From: Anthoceros angustus
Taxonomy: Eukaryota; Plantae; Anthocerotophyta
DNA length: 64,000 nt
Assembly: GCA_010909165.1 (NCBI GenBank)
Contig: MU008183.1
Coordinates: 124,001-188,000 of the forward strand
Direction of reading: 5' to 3'
Below the pieces are notes generated by a model. It made no database searches. It worked only from the letters and a program-made list of their open reading frames with translations, and had not been told where the DNA came from. The stretch's first letter is position 1. The number at the start of each line of letters is the position of its first letter. Of this stretch, positions 1 through 13,030 are shown piece after piece. The translations under genes were made by a program, and so were the position numbers.

Positions 1-50
1 ATTTGGTAAAATTATATGACATACATAATTTATATTATATACATAATATA

Positions 51-168
51 TATGTAAAATAAATTCAAGTAAATATACGGAATATGCTAGTAATATGTAA
101 TATGTATGTAAAATAAATTCAAGTAAATATACGGAATATGCTAGTAATATGTAATATGTATGTAAAAT
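51..168. repeat. AT-rich 54-bp tandem duplication
   Basis: TATGTAAAATAAATTCAAGTAAATATACGGAATATGCTAGTAATATGTAATATG occurs twice in tandem. Confidence 0.85.
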
Positions 169-399
169 ATTGTAGTTTCAAGTAAAAATGCATGAAAATA
201 AACTTATAAGGTCAAAATGGAAGTAGAATCTCCTTCTTCATTGTTTCTACTCTCCTCCTGAAATGCAGACTCCCCTTCTTCATTGTCCTCCTTTTCATCA
301 TGGCGGACATCTTCCATGCCACTTTCTTCAACCACTTGTATAGGTTCAAGACTTTCTAAGAACACCGTCTAATCCTCCTAATCGGTTGGTTCAATAGTA

Positions 400-930
400 G
401 CATTGTGCCATTTTAACGTTCTACTGTTGCACTAGACAGAAACAAGCATACCAACTTTGTTCATGATGTTGCTCCATTATCACGCCAAACATGTTTCCAT
501 GCGCTCCAGTTTCTTTTCCCTCCTGTTGCAATTGGAGGAATGTTCAACAACATCGTTGCTACATCTGCAAGTTGTGGATATTCCTCTCCATATGCTTCCT
601 GCCATTCCAAACAATTATACATCAGCCCTTCTTAGAAATGCATCTCCTCATTGATGCATAACTTACCAAGTTTAAGCCAATAGTTATTGAACTGCAACAG
701 AACACAATGAGCTTCTCTAGTATTAGGTGCCAACTGCTTCATAACCCGCTCACCTTTCAATCTATCAACTGGTGAAATGCTAAGCAGCAACTTTCTATGC
801 TTAGGATCTAACTTCGCAGCAGTAAAGCCATCATGCCAACCATATTTCTCGAAAAAGCCTCCTTCATACCGCCACCACCCACATTCCACAATACTCTAGA
901 AGCCGCATTCTGCCAAAGCCACCGGTGCTC
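400..930 (-). mobile_element. degenerate hAT-family transposase, C-terminal dimerisation region
   Basis: Manual minus-strand translation of ~615-465 gives LEWQEAYGEEYPQLADVATMLLNIPPIATGGKRNWSAWKHVW, which fits the hAT W..YG..YP.LA..A..LL.IP....ERNWS pattern. The upstream ORF 632-889 carries AAKLDP. Stops and frameshifts are present; boundaries approximate. Confidence 0.7.
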
Positions 931-1401
931 CGGTCTGTCTTACATTAGAATGGTCATCTTACCTTATCTTACTAATGTAATTATTGTAATAATAAAATAT
1001 AGCAAATACCTATTTCATTTAACACACGTACGTAATTTTAGAATAAATAGCTAATCACATGTCATGGAACTATATTTTTTACTATAGTAAGATATATCTA
1101 TAAAATAATATTTTACCTTACTATGATAATTACTACTATAATTACTACGGTACTAAGAGTTTTCCCCGTAATATTCACAAGCCTAACCCCGCGAGAGTTT
1201 GGTGGGAGAGTGGCACCACCTGCTTCCTCGGCTTCCTTGTCTTGAGCTAAGGCTTATCATGCCTGCAAGCACGGTGCGGGGCTGTCCTTGTCTTACTTCA
1301 CGACGTTTTCCAAATAGCGGGTCTCAATTGTTCTTCAACGGGCCCTTTCCACAGGGATCAACCACAGAGTGGTGACAACAGTTGATCCATCCTCCTCTTG
1401 C

Positions 1402-2030
1402 TTAGTTGTTTGTAGGGCGTTTATTCTTCCCGCATACGATATTGTAGGGGCAATCGGTGATTTCTGGTAGGGGGTAGCAAACTTCCTCAGTTGTTTGTAG
1501 GCCGTTTACTCTTCCCTTGTCGACATTGTAGGTGCAATTGGTGATTTCTGGTAGGGGGCAGCGAACTTCCTCAGTTATATGCCGAATTTCCGGTAGGGGC
1601 CAGCAAACTTCCTCAATTGTTTGTAGGCCGTTTACTCTTCCCGCATACGGCTTCCCGCATACGATATTGTAGGGGCAATCGGTGATTTCTGGTAGGGGGT
1701 AGCAAACTTCCTCAGTTGTTTGTAGGCCGTTTACTCTTCCCGCATACGACATTGTAGGTGCAATTGGTGATTTCTGGTAGGGGGCAGCGAACTTCCTCAG
1801 TTATATGCCGAATTTCCGGTAGGGGCCAGCGAACTTCCTCAATTGTTTGTAGGCCGTTTACTCTTCCCGCATACGACATTGTAGGTGCAATTGGTGATTT
1901 CTGGTAGGGGGCAGCGAATTTCCTCAGTTGTATGCCGAATTTTCAATAGGGGCCAGTGAACTTCCTCAATTGTAGGCCGTTTACTCTTCCCGCATATGAT
2001 ATTGTAGGCGCAATTGGTGATTTCCAGTAG
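1402..2030. repeat. composite tandem repeat (~83-bp and ~42-bp subunits)
   Basis: Repeated GTAGGCCGTTTACTCTTCCCGCATACGA...GGTGATTTCTGGTAGGGG...AACTTCCTCA units. Confidence 0.9.
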
Positions 2031-2455
2031 GGGCTTTGCTGCCTCTTTTCACCACGACCCTCAAGGGAGCTTCGCTGCCCCTTTTCACCACGATCCTCAA
2101 GGGGGCTTCGCCGCCCGTTTCACCACGATCCTCAAGAGGGCTTCGCCGCCCCTTTTCACCACGATCCTCAAGGGGTCTTCGCTGCCCCTTTTCACCACGA
2201 CCCTCGTGGGGGCTTCGCTGCCCCTTTTCACCACGACCCTCAAGGGGGCTTCGCCGCCCCATTTCACCACGACCCTCAAGGGTACTTCGCTGCTCCTTTT
2301 CACCATGACCCTCAAGCGACCCTCAAGGGGGTTGCTGCCCCTTTTCACCATGACCCTCAAACGACCCCCAAGGGGCTTCGCTGCCCCTTTTCACCATGAC
2401 TCTCAAGCGACCCTCAAGGGGGCTTCGCTGCCCCTTTTCACCATGACCCTCAGGG
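2030..2455. repeat. ~36-bp GC-rich minisatellite, roughly 11 copies
   Basis: Head-to-tail units GGGGCTTCGCTGCCCCTTTTCACCACGACCCTCAA with no unique spacers. Confidence 0.9.
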
Positions 2456-4180
2456 TCTCCCTTGGTTGTCCTCTTGTGGAGGATGGGCTTTTTCCCTCTA
2501 GAAAATTTCTTCCCTTCCTCGGATATCACGCACTCATTCTCACGCGTGTAAGATCCTAAACCTTGAACGATCGATAACCTACTGAAATAGCGACTTGCAG
2601 AACCGCGTCAAAATGGACGAGACCCATTATGAGCCACTCCAGGTGTCTTTGTTTCCCAATTTGCCGATCGATCAGCTACCGCCAATTCGCAAACAAAGTA
2701 GCAGACAACAATTAAAAAACCAGGGAGAAGAGCAGCGCGAAGGAGGAGTTGCAAACGAACAACCATGTGCCGCTCTCACAAGCAAAAGACGACAAAGCAC
2801 GATGAATGACAGTGGGGAAGGAGGAGTTGCACACAGACAACTATGGGCCGCAGTCACGAATAGAAGGGATGTTACGTTTCGTCTCGAGGCGGATATGAAA
2901 ACCTGAGTTAGCAAATACATGTATTGGCACTTCTGAGAAGAACACACAATATCCTCCCTGGGCTACCTCTGGCGGGAATGTCAGCTAACGATGGGCACAA
3001 ACTGCTACTAGCTGCTGCTAACAGAGAACGTTGTCCATTTCAACCCTTTCAGGAACCTGCTGGGCTGTGGCCAACTCGTACAAATCCACAAGGTTCAAAC
3101 CAAAATCCTAATATAGATATACCCAGCATTAAAAATTGGTAGCGGGGATACCGATCTCCATCGTGTCCAATCAACTTGAGCAACTTGAACATTAGTTAAA
3201 GGCATCAGAGTCTCTTCTGATCTCCAAACCCAGTATCCCCTCAAACGTCAATACAATGTAAAATAGTCTGACAACTTCCACAGCTGATAAGGAGGGGCAT
3301 CTAATACACATACAATTAGCGTTCAATCCCCATAGCTCATACTGATCACTCGGTCTTAGGCTCTCAGGTTAACAAAGTGCTCCATTAATAAGAGGATTCC
3401 AACTATAACTCTAAGCTGATAGTACACAAGAACAATCTAGAAGTTGAAAAGAAGTTCCAAGAAAATTTGTTTCCTGAGAATAAACCATAAGAAGGCCAGA
3501 AAGCTAATCGACACCTCCTCCGACCCTCTCTCTCGAGAGGTAATGCCAACGACTTAAAGGACACAGCAGCCACTGGGTGGGTTGCAACGAAAGTCAGTAG
3601 GGCATGAACCTGAGTTGGCTGTCCTTTCATATCCAACAAAGCCCTTGCATACCCTTACCTTTTTGAAACCGTCAGCAGCTCTCCATCCAGCAATAGGTAT
3701 GATCCAAATTGAGCTTCGGGGAAAAGCATTGTTGACGTCTCTCTTCCTTCAGCTCAACAGTCCGGGAAGACAAGGAGCACCATCCAGGACAGACAAGCAC
3801 ACCAACGCTCTAGACAGCTTGCCACTTATTGTAGCAGAAGTTATGCATCTCTCCTCTCTCATACATTACCGATGATGGTCTGCAAACTCGATATCTTTGG
3901 GACATGGGCGTGTGATGACTCTGTCTAAAAGAGTATATATAGACCAATACTCCACAGTCCTGTATCATTGTGTGTGCTTGGAACCTTCTCATACTCAGCA
4001 GCTCCCTCCTGACAAAGGCTCAAGGTAGCCCATCTCACCTGGTCTGTACATGCACCCTTAAAAAAAAAAAAAAACACTCCTGCACCAGACAAGCCACCAC
4101 AGCAAACGAATTAGACCCTGGCAAAGACTCAGGTAATGAGAGAGTGAGCAAACCCAATGCATTCATTACCTGTTGTATTA

Positions 4181-5551
4181 CTACCGTCGAGGTGACTGCT
4201 CTGCATACGTCGCTAACTGAGACCCGCCATTAGCAGCCCTGCCAGCGCCATTCCTCATGGGCGAGTGGTGACTAGTGTGGTAGCGATAGTGGTGATGGGT
4301 GCCACCTCCATTGAGTTGATGTTGATTCCCGACCCCATTGTGATGATGTCCTCCAACCCCATTCACATGGTGGTGCACGAATCCGTTTCCATTGGCAGCA
4401 GGCACAGGGGACTGGCGATGGCGGTGCTGCTGCTGCTCAGACGACCCACCCGACGATGGCTGATGGTGTCCATGGTGGATGGCCAGATCATGCTTCATCT
4501 CCTGAATGGGCTTCAACATCTCCACAACCTCGTTCATGGTAGGCCTGGCCTTAGGGTCCAGGCTAAGACATCGCTGAGCCAAAGCCGCAGCCTTCTGGGC
4601 CCCCTTCACCGAGTACTGCCCCTCCAACCGAGGATCCACCAGCTTGATGAGCTTCCGCTTCTCCGTCTTCAGGTAAGGCCTAGCCCACTCCACCAGGTTG
4701 TGCTCCCCCGTGGGCCTGTTCCGGTCGATGGACAGCCGCCCAGTGATCATCTCCAGCAGCACCACCCCGAAGGAGTAGACATCGCTCATGGGCGTCAGGT
4801 GCCCCGTCATGACATACTCCGGAGCAGCATAGCCGTGGGTGCCCATGACCCGGGTGGAGACATGGGTCCTGTCCCCATCGGGACCGTCCTTAGCCAACCC
4901 AAAGTCCGAAAGCTTGCTGGTGTAGTCAGAGTCGAGGAGGATGTTGGAGGTCTTGAAGTCCCGGTATATGACCTGCTTCCTCTCGGGCGTGCTGGTGTGC
5001 AGGAATGCGACCCCCTGGGCCGCCCCGAGCGCAATTTTCATCCTGGTAAGCCATGGCAAGGGGGGCGTGGAGCCCTTCTTCCGGAACAGATGGTTCTCCA
5101 AGCTCCCCCGGGGCATGAATTCGTACACCAGCAGCCTGTGGTCCTGCTCCGAGCAATAGCCGATGAGCTTCACCAGGTTGGGATGGTGCAGCTGCCCCAG
5201 AATGTGCACCTCCGCCAGCCACTCATTGTGGCCCTGGAGCCCGTCCTGATTGAGCTGCTTCACGGCCACGGTGAGGCCCGTGCCCGGCCGCACCGCCATG
5301 GTGCCATGCTCGTCAATCCAGCCCTTGAACACGCCTCCGAATCCGCCCTCGCCCAGCAGGCTGTCGGGGCGGAAGTTGCGAGTGGCCGCCTTCAGGTCCT
5401 GGAAGGAGAAGACACGAAAATTGTTGGACGGGTTAGCTGCGGGCGGCGGGAGGCGGCCGCGGCTGCTCTGCGCGGGTCGTGGCGAGTCCACCGGACTCAG
5501 ATCTTGCGGCGAGCTCGGCGGGCTGTAGGCTGGTGTCAAACAGTTACCCAT
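4181..5551 (-). CDS. receptor-like cytoplasmic kinase subfamily VII (PBL/PIX7-like), intronless
   Basis: MGNC acylation start; [75 protein letters not shown]; His/Gly-rich tail. Confidence 0.95.
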   Translation of the reverse strand: MGNCLTPAYSPPSSPQDLSPVDSPRPAQSSRGRLPPPAANPSNNFRVFSFQDLKAATRNFRPDSLLGEGGFGGVFKGWIDEHGTMAVRPGTGLTVAVKQLNQDGLQGHNEWLAEVHILGQLHHPNLVKLIGYCSEQDHRLLVYEFMPRGSLENHLFRKKGSTPPLPWLTRMKIALGAAQGVAFLHTSTPERKQVIYRDFKTSNILLDSDYTSKLSDFGLAKDGPDGDRTHVSTRVMGTHGYAAPEYVMTGHLTPMSDVYSFGVVLLEMITGRLSIDRNRPTGEHNLVEWARPYLKTEKRKLIKLVDPRLEGQYSVKGAQKAAALAQRCLSLDPKARPTMNEVVEMLKPIQEMKHDLAIHHGHHQPSSGGSSEQQQHRHRQSPVPAANGNGFVHHHVNGVGGHHHNGVGNQHQLNGGGTHHHYRYHTSHHSPMRNGAGRAANGGSQLATYAEQSPRR

Positions 5552-6239
5552 GGTGGCAGCACATAGTCTTCCTCCACCTCCGCCTCCTCCCACCACCGCC
5601 CACCAAGCCCAGCCACACCAGGCGGCCGACCCAGCAACGAAGAAGCCAGCAATTGGGCGAGCTGAGCGAGGCGGATCACCAGATCGCGGCCATAGATCCC
5701 CTCACCCCCGAGCTGGGGCTGGAGCTGGGGCCGGAGAAGGAGCTGCCCACCTTCCTGCTACTGCCCACCACTGTCACTCCACTCCCTCTGCAAGCAACAG
5801 CACACGCAGGCAAGGCAACCCAGTCAAGCACGACGAAACCTAAATCTAAGCCTTTCCTTGCCTTTACCCAAAACTCTTATCCTCCCTCCCTTAACCTTCC
5901 TTCCCGACAACATCAATAGCATCAATTACCTCGCAGGTTTGCTCTTGCCCTCCCTCTAAGTGCACATCCCCTCGGACAATCTACACCTAAACCAGTCCAT
6001 CCTCCATCCAACATGTCACTAAAATTGACGGCAAAACGTATCACCCCGTTCCATAGTACTCTAAAAATTCCGCCGTATATATCCAACCAACATTCTTTTG
6101 CGAAACATTCTGCGATCTTGCACAGCTAAGACAGGTTATATGAATCCGGTACACTTATTGGAATCCGGTACAAAGTAACCGGGGCCAATGAAAATACGCA
6201 AACGAACTTTCCAACCATGATAGCGCACGATAAAAGTTG

Positions 6240-6440
6240 TGACGGGTTCTTCGACCAGATCTCATACGGCCAAGGCAGCTTCTGAATATAAAAATTGTGA
6301 TGGGTTCTGGGACCTTGATCTCATACCGCCAAGATAGCGATGGGTTCTGGGACCTTGATCTCATACGGCCAAGATAGCTTTTGAATATAAAAACTGTGAT
6401 GGGTTCTGGGACCTTGTTCTCATACGGCCAAGATATCTTA
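6240..6440. repeat. imperfect tandem repeat
   Basis: GATGGGTTCTGGGACCTTGATCTCATACGGCCAAGATAG-like unit occurs about 4 times. Confidence 0.75.
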
Positions 6441-6613
6441 TGAATCCTCGATACTATAATCGATCCATGAAAGAAGAACTTGTCGGACAATCAATGACAA
6501 GAGAGGTTGCTAGGAAAAGGTTGTCGGGGAGAGGTTGCTAGGTAGCCACGCATGGCAAAGGTGCCTCCGTTTTAGTACAAATTCTTAACACCAATGAGGG
6601 ACTCGCATGTCGA

Positions 6614-6792
6614 GCAACCTCACACGAATGGCAAAGATACACCTGGGTTTTATTCCGAATACTCAACCAATGCACGAAGAACCAATGAGAGAAGAACTCA
6701 CGGGCAACCTCACACGAACGGCAAAGATACACCTGGGTTTTATTCCGAATACTCAACCAATGCACGAAGAACCAATGAGAGAAGAACTCACG
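6614..6792. repeat. 90-bp tandem duplication
   Basis: GCAACCTCACACGAA...GAGAAGAACTCACG occurs twice, nearly identical. Confidence 0.9.
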
Positions 6793-7359
6793 CGGGGCTC
6801 GTGCGGTTTGGGTTTATGTTTTCCAAATCTTCAATAATATAATCAACCAATGCAAGAAGCATTTGTAGGACTACATATGAAAATAACACATATATGGAAA
6901 AGTTCTTTTACATAATTTGAATCTTGAAAAGAAGCCTTCAATCAAAGATCAAAGACAAGTGATGCGAATAATATGCAATGATATGGATTTAATACTTATA
7001 ATTCATGCTATTAAATCTTTTGATACTTTTTTATATTTTAATGGTGTATACATTAATGGTGAGATCATTCCATGATGATGTATAATATTAGCTAATTATT
7101 TTAAAATATTATTTAGTTAATGATTCAATTGAAAAATATGAAATGCATTTCATAGACCCTTTTATCAAAGACCCATTGTAACTCATTATCCACTACACAT
7201 AAGTAATATGCTCTCTGTCGCCACACCTTAAGGCTTAAGATCCATAAGAGCATTTTTAATGGCCCCAAATTTTGAGCCTTGAAGGTGTGTCGAGGGAGAG
7301 CACCTTAGTAATGGTATGGCAATTGATTCAAGCCCATGCTGATCATGGTTGCAGACGTA

Positions 7360-7621
7360 CTCAAAAAGATGCTTGTTAACAAAGATCCACCCTTTTGCAT
7401 CATAAGCGAGAGAAGCTTAGAGTAGAGGTGTCATGGATATGATGCTTCTATCTTTCCCTTATGTTCGTAAACATTTTCCTTGTGTTGGTAGCTCAAGAAG
7501 ATGTTTGTTAACAAAGATCCACTCTTTTGCATCATAAGCGAGAGAAGCTTAGAGTAGAGGTGTCATGGATATGATGCTTATATCTTTCCCTTATGTTTGT
7601 GAACATTTTCCTTGTGTTGGT
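7360..7621. repeat. ~130-bp tandem duplication
   Basis: TGTTAACAAAGATCCAC...AACATTTTCCTTGTGTTGGT occurs twice. Confidence 0.9.
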
Positions 7622-9138
7622 TTTGAGTGGGAACACTGCTAAATTGCAATTGAATTAGCACCAGTAATTCCCACTACTTTATGTATGGTGATTGTATAAC
7701 TCGTTAAATACTAGGCCATAGCTAATTAAGGCAGGGCCTTCTTGTCTATGTCCTACGCAGCTAAGTCTCACGCACTATCAAAATAAGCATATGCAGTTCT
7801 AGACACTATGCTTCTTGATCATTGTAGCTAGCATAGTACATGCTTCGTTCAAAGTCTTCACTTAAATCTCGGTCCAAACTTGTACTTTGGTCATAATAAC
7901 CTTGCAATCCTTAAAAATTTTCTTTTTTTGTCTCAACTTGTGTGTCACACTCATAGAAGACTTTGTCTCCATTGACGATGGACCGCATGGATCCTAGCAT
8001 ATACGACATTTAGAACTTCCATATTGGAAGCTTTCACCAGTTGTACTTACGATGCTCCACTGCTGACAAATTGTGCACCTCATTATCAAATCCGACAGTA
8101 ACAATTCACTTTTTAAATGATTAAAAACGTATATTAAACTTAGATCCTTTAAGTACAAGAAATCAACCCTTCTCAAGGTTGTCATATAAGGGTACCTATA
8201 CAAAAACCCCAAACATTAGCCACATGAATAGTGAGAGTCATCAATTTTCCCATCCATTGCATACTACGAGGACTAGGACTACAGTCAAAAGGCGAAGTTG
8301 TCAGGACTATTTGTAGCAGCTTTAACTTAGTGGGGGGACTTCCACATTTAATATGTTGTTCTTGTGTGTCTATGTAAAGACCAAGTGCATAGTTAATATT
8401 CTAATATACCACATAATTATAAAAGTATTAGTGATAATAAATAGATCCAAAAATTAATAGGAGAATCAAACCCATCACCTACCATCGCCACACGATGCAT
8501 ACAACTTTGTCCTCTAGAATCCTATATGCACACATCTAATAAACACTCCAGCATAGTCCTTCCGATCAAACCGAGCAACTTCCTAGTCCGTATATCAAGT
8601 ACAAAATACTTCTTTGGATGCTCTCAGTTGTACTTCCGGGGCAACTTCAATAGTTATGTCTGGACTCCATTGAGCTATGTACTTTTCGCTTGATGACGCC
8701 AACTACATATGAGCTTCGCTTCATCCCTTTCATGCATCTTTGGGCTCCTCCAAACCCCAGCACTTGTAGAGGAATCATCAATTCCGTAACCTCATAACGA
8801 CACTCATTTGGAGGGCTTCAAACCCGGCTTGAACGACATCCTTAACCTCAGAAGGACGCGGCAATTTTGAGGTCTCCTTGGAATTAAGTGCACGATCGCG
8901 ATTGGTGATCATAAATCATATGCTTCACATGAAATGTAGAGCTCATCAAGCTCTACACAATGAGTACTCAAACTGGATGAGGCGTTTCTAGATTGGTGCG
9001 ACATGAGCACTAAATTGCTCACCACTTACATAATTTTATGTCTTGTCTGAGTTTGCATCATTGCTGAGGGCTTTTCATGTCTTGCCTCAGTTTGCATCAT
9101 TGCTTAGGGCTGTTACGTTCTGAGCTTGCCTATGCAAT

Positions 9139-9652
9139 CAGGACTCCCCCTCCCACATCAAAACCAAAGCATTCATACATCAACAACGTGACATCATAAT
9201 TCTAATAAAAAATTGGGCCAGAGGTCTCTTCTCCTTGCTGAATCAGCCGCCAGGACTCCCCCTCCCACATCAAAACCAAAGCATTCCTACATCAACAACG
9301 TGACATCATAATTCTAATAAAAAATTGGGCCAGAGGCCTCTTCTCCTTGCTGCCATGCTCATGAACCAGGATCATGAAACTAGGATTACTTAGAGTGAAA
9401 CGTTCAACAAGTCTTCTTGCTGCCATGCTCATGAACCTTTTCTTCTCCTTGCTGCCATGCTCATAAACCAGGATTACTTAGAGCGAAACGTTCAACAAGT
9501 CTTCTTGCTGCCATGCTCATGAACCTTGCTAACATGCTCATGAACCTGGATTACTTAGAGTGAAACGTTCAACAAGTCTTCTTGCTGCCATGCTCATGAA
9601 CCTTGCTGCCATGCTCATGAACCAGGATTACTTAGAGTGAAACGTTCAACAA
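9139..9652. repeat. 112-bp duplication followed by a mosaic minisatellite
   Basis: CAGGACTCCCCCTCCCACATC...TTCTCCTTGCTG x2, then shuffled CTTGCTGCCATGCTCATGAACC and GGATTACTTAGAGTGAAACGTTCAACAAG modules. Confidence 0.85.
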
Positions 9653-10156
9653 GGAGACACACTGGCCTTTCTGTCCCCACCAACCCCATCTCCTCTCGGT
9701 ATCGAACTCTACGGTATGTATGTACCCAGGTATGCAAACGTCGGTGGCCCCGGAAGCGATTTCCTGGTGAAGTTCGATAAGTAGTGGGGTCAAATATTTT
9801 ATTTATTAACATGACGAGGAGAGACTTTATAAAAATGCAAAGATCTACAGCAAGGGGTTGGGGAACTAGAGGAGGGCCCCAGGCCAAGTGGGACTAGCCC
9901 CCGCGATTGTCAAGGTACCCTGAAACATTTTATTTATTTACAACATTAAATATAAACTACCTAGGTAAGGTGATGTGGGAGGGAGTCGGCCCACGGACTC
10001 CTGTTATCAACAGAACGCAGATTCTTCTGCGTTCCTCTTCCTCCACGCGCACAGCTCCAACTTGTACTGCTGCAGTTTCCACAGCGATCGCGGGAGAACA
10101 TGTTCGGGGATAAGACAAGTAAGAAGCATCTGCAATTGAAGGGGCCGTCCCTGCTG

Positions 10157-11113
10157 CTACGACGGAGGAGTCCAGTCCTCAAGGAGTTTGTCCACGGATT
10201 TCCTGACAGGCATGCTCCGCAAGGTTCCTTTCACTCTCACACATAGCGACGCCGTAGCTGCAGCGAACTTCAGGGCATCCGCAACAGACTGGCCTTCCAC
10301 CAGAGCCACAGCATAAGCAGCAGTGAAGGCGTCACCGGCGCCGGTGGTGTCCACCACTTCCGGAGCCACAATTGCCGGCTGCGCGAAGAACTGGCCGTCC
10401 TTGGTGACCAGCACCGACCCCCGCTCCCCTCGCTTCACCAAAACCTGCTTCACTCCCATCTCCTGCACCTTGGCCGCGGCAAGCAGCACCTCCTCCAGGG
10501 TTTCACACGGCAGATCTGTGATCCGGCTCAGCTCCGTCTCGTTCGGGCTCAGCACGGTGACCGCCTTGAGCAGCTCCTGCGGCAGCGCGTCCTCCATCCC
10601 CCCGGCGTCCAGCACCACCGGCACGTTGGCGCTTCTGGCGATCTTGGCAGCCTCCAGGTTCACACTGTCGGGAACCTCCCGCTGCAGCAGCAAGGCCCCC
10701 GCCCGGCGGATGAGCTGCTGCGCCGCTGCGGGCAGCCGCGACCACGCCATGTTTGCTCCCCCGACGATGATGATAGAATTCCTCCCTCCCGGCTGCAACA
10801 TGACAACTGCATGCCCGGTCGGGCCGGGGACTGTGGCCAGATGCTCCAGCTGCACTCCCGCTCCCGCCAGCGCCTCCTTCACCAGCTCCGCATGGCTGTC
10901 CTTGCCGACCTGGCCCACGAAGAAGGTCGGGTGCGCCAGCCGCGCTCCGCAGGCCGCTTGATTGGCGCCCTTGCCTCCTGCCACCGTCTGCCCGCTCTTG
11001 GCCGCTATTGTCTCGCCTTTGACGGGAAGCCGCTCAATCTCCACATAGATGTCGGCATTCACGGATCCTACCACAACCAGCGGCGCCTGAATTGATCTCG
11101 GCGACTCCGCCAT
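10157..11113 (-). CDS. RBSK: ribokinase (PfkB family), intronless
   Basis: VVVGSVNAD, GGKGANQA, PNETE and DTTGAGDAF signatures. First ATG is at 11113, with an in-frame TGA at 11134-11132. Confidence 0.92.
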   Translation of the reverse strand: MAESPRSIQAPLVVVGSVNADIYVEIERLPVKGETIAAKSGQTVAGGKGANQAACGARLAHPTFFVGQVGKDSHAELVKEALAGAGVQLEHLATVPGPTGHAVVMLQPGGRNSIIIVGGANMAWSRLPAAAQQLIRRAGALLLQREVPDSVNLEAAKIARSANVPVVLDAGGMEDALPQELLKAVTVLSPNETELSRITDLPCETLEEVLLAAAKVQEMGVKQVLVKRGERGSVLVTKDGQFFAQPAIVAPEVVDTTGAGDAFTAAYAVALVEGQSVADALKFAAATASLCVRVKGTLRSMPVRKSVDKLLEDWTPPS

Positions 11114-11347
11114 CTCCACGCGCGCTCGAGCTCACACCTAATGCCTGTGTCCTCCTCACCCTCTGGTGAGGAAGACGTCTCTCTGGTGAGGAGGACGTCT
11201 CGCGACACGCGAAAACTCCACCAATTTCGATTCGCGATTCACCAATTTCGATTCGCAATTCGCGATTCATCGTAACTGAGACGGGGACTGCAGCTTTGGG
11301 AAATCCGCGTCACGGTTTTCTCAGCTACCTACTCGAAGGCTGTGCTC

Positions 11348-11375
11348 TTCCCGCCAAACTGACAGTTTTCCCGCC
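11348..11375. promoter_or_regulatory. two E2F-type sites in the ORC2/ribokinase intergenic promoter
   Basis: TTCCCGCCAAA (reverse complement contains TTTGGCGG) and TTTTCCCGCC, about 190 bp upstream of the ORC2 ATG. ORC genes are established E2F targets. Confidence 0.65.
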
Positions 11376-11556
11376 ATCTAGCTCGATACACTGTTTGGCG
11401 TGAGATGGAGCCTGAGCTGCGTCACTCTGCGGTGTGCGAGGACGAGCTGAAGAGAAGGAACGTGCTGGAAGCGGTTGTGCTCTTTGCGCGGTAGCAGCAC
11501 AGGTTTTTGGATTTGTTATGACCCTGGGAGCCTGATGCGCCGGTACCGTGGGAGTG

Positions 11557-13030
11557 ATGGAATTGGATGAGCTAGAAGACGTTGAGGTTCCAAGCAGTTA
11601 CTTCAAGGCCCGGAATGGCAAGCGGAAGTCCGACAAGAAGATTACGGACATTGACATAGTGGATGAGCGGGTAAGTGCCGCATTTTGAGCAGAAATGAAT
11701 ATGCTGGGAAGCTGTGCATTCAACATTATTTGCTGTGTTGGCGTAGGAGCTTCGGGAAGCTCTTGCTGCACTTCCTCCGAGTCATGAGAAGGAGGTGGCA
11801 GCTTTGTTGGCAAGCTACAAGGCTGAATACCAGGATTGGCGTTTCCGATTGAGGTCTGCCATCCGATCTATGCTACCATTGGAGGAATTTGCTGCTGCTT
11901 GAGACACACTGTTTCAAGGCTTCTGAAAATGTGCCATTCCCACTTCAGCTGCGGATTCGGGCTTTTAATGTATGGTTTCGGATCCAAGAGAGCACTTCTG
12001 GAGAGCTTCGCCTCAGCTGCGCTCACGGATGGTGCTGTTATCGTGGTGAACGGGTATCTTCCTGCAGTCAACGTGAAACAAGTATGTGTCTTCAGATGTT
12101 CAATTATAAGCAGTGGTGTGGAAAGATAGGCAACCCTACGAGGATGCCTCCAATATGATTGCTCTCATTTCCAATGTCAGGTCATATGCAAAGTGGCAGA
12201 TATATTGTGGGAGCAGGAGGGCAGCAAGTGTCCTCAGCCACTCAGTTCTCAGAGCGTGGATGAGCTGTGTGCGTTCATCCGCTCTGAGACGTCCTCCTTC
12301 GTGTACGTTGTCATTCACAATATCGATGGGCCTGCCTTGAGAGACACTGATGTCCAGCGGAATCTAGCAACTCTGTCTGCTTGCCCTCAAGTGCGACTCG
12401 TAGCTTCTATCGACCATGTGAATGCTCCACTGTGTAAGTGTCTGTTTGTGAATACGGCAGATTGGTAGACACTTTTTCCCCTTGTAATGTGACTTGCTAA
12501 CCATTACGCTGCTAACAGTGTGGGACAAACAAATGGCTAGTACACAGTTCAACTGGTGGTGGCACCACACTCCTACTTATGCATCGTACAGAGTTGAGAA
12601 CACTTTTGCTCCCCTTCTGCTTGCAAGCGACGGCCCAAGGAAAAGCGCGCGCGCGGCTATTGTGGTGCTCAGAAGCTTAACACCTAACGCGCAAAGCGTG
12701 TTTCGAACAATTGCTGACTTCCAAATTGCCCACCCTGATGATCACGGTAAAAATTGTCTGCAGCTTCAATTATTCAATGCGATCTACTTGTATCACCACC
12801 CTCTAACCAAAGTTTTCATGACCCTGTTCATAGGTGTTACTCAACATCGTCTATACACAGCATGTCGGGAAAAGTTCCTGGTGAGCAGTGAGTTGACTCT
12901 GAAGGCAATTCTTGGTGAGTATCGAGATCACCAACTGGTCAAGTCTAGGAGAGGGCCAGATGGGCAAGATTACCTGTACATTCCTCTACCACAAGATGCC
13001 ATTGTAAAACTTCTTCAGGATATCAACTAA
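11557..13030 (+). CDS. ORC2: origin recognition complex subunit 2 (multi-exon)
   Basis: Exon 1 [16 protein letters not shown]...DIDIVDER ends at a GTAAGT donor (11671). Later exons give [43 protein letters not shown] and [26 protein letters not shown]. Confidence 0.93.

Noticed and set aside
2030-2455. 36-bp repeats resembling a CRISPR array
   Set aside because: Units are head-to-tail with no unique spacers, there are no cas genes, and the context is eukaryotic.
4059-4074. A-run near the intronless kinase as a retrocopy poly(A) tail
   Set aside because: The gene is on the minus strand, where the run reads as poly(T).
4265-5566. 433-aa plus-strand ORF
   Set aside because: Antisense shadow of the GC-rich kinase CDS, with no recognisable motifs.
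7994-8212. Cys-containing ORF (MRCTICQ) as a transposase zinc finger
   Set aside because: Too short and degenerate to call.
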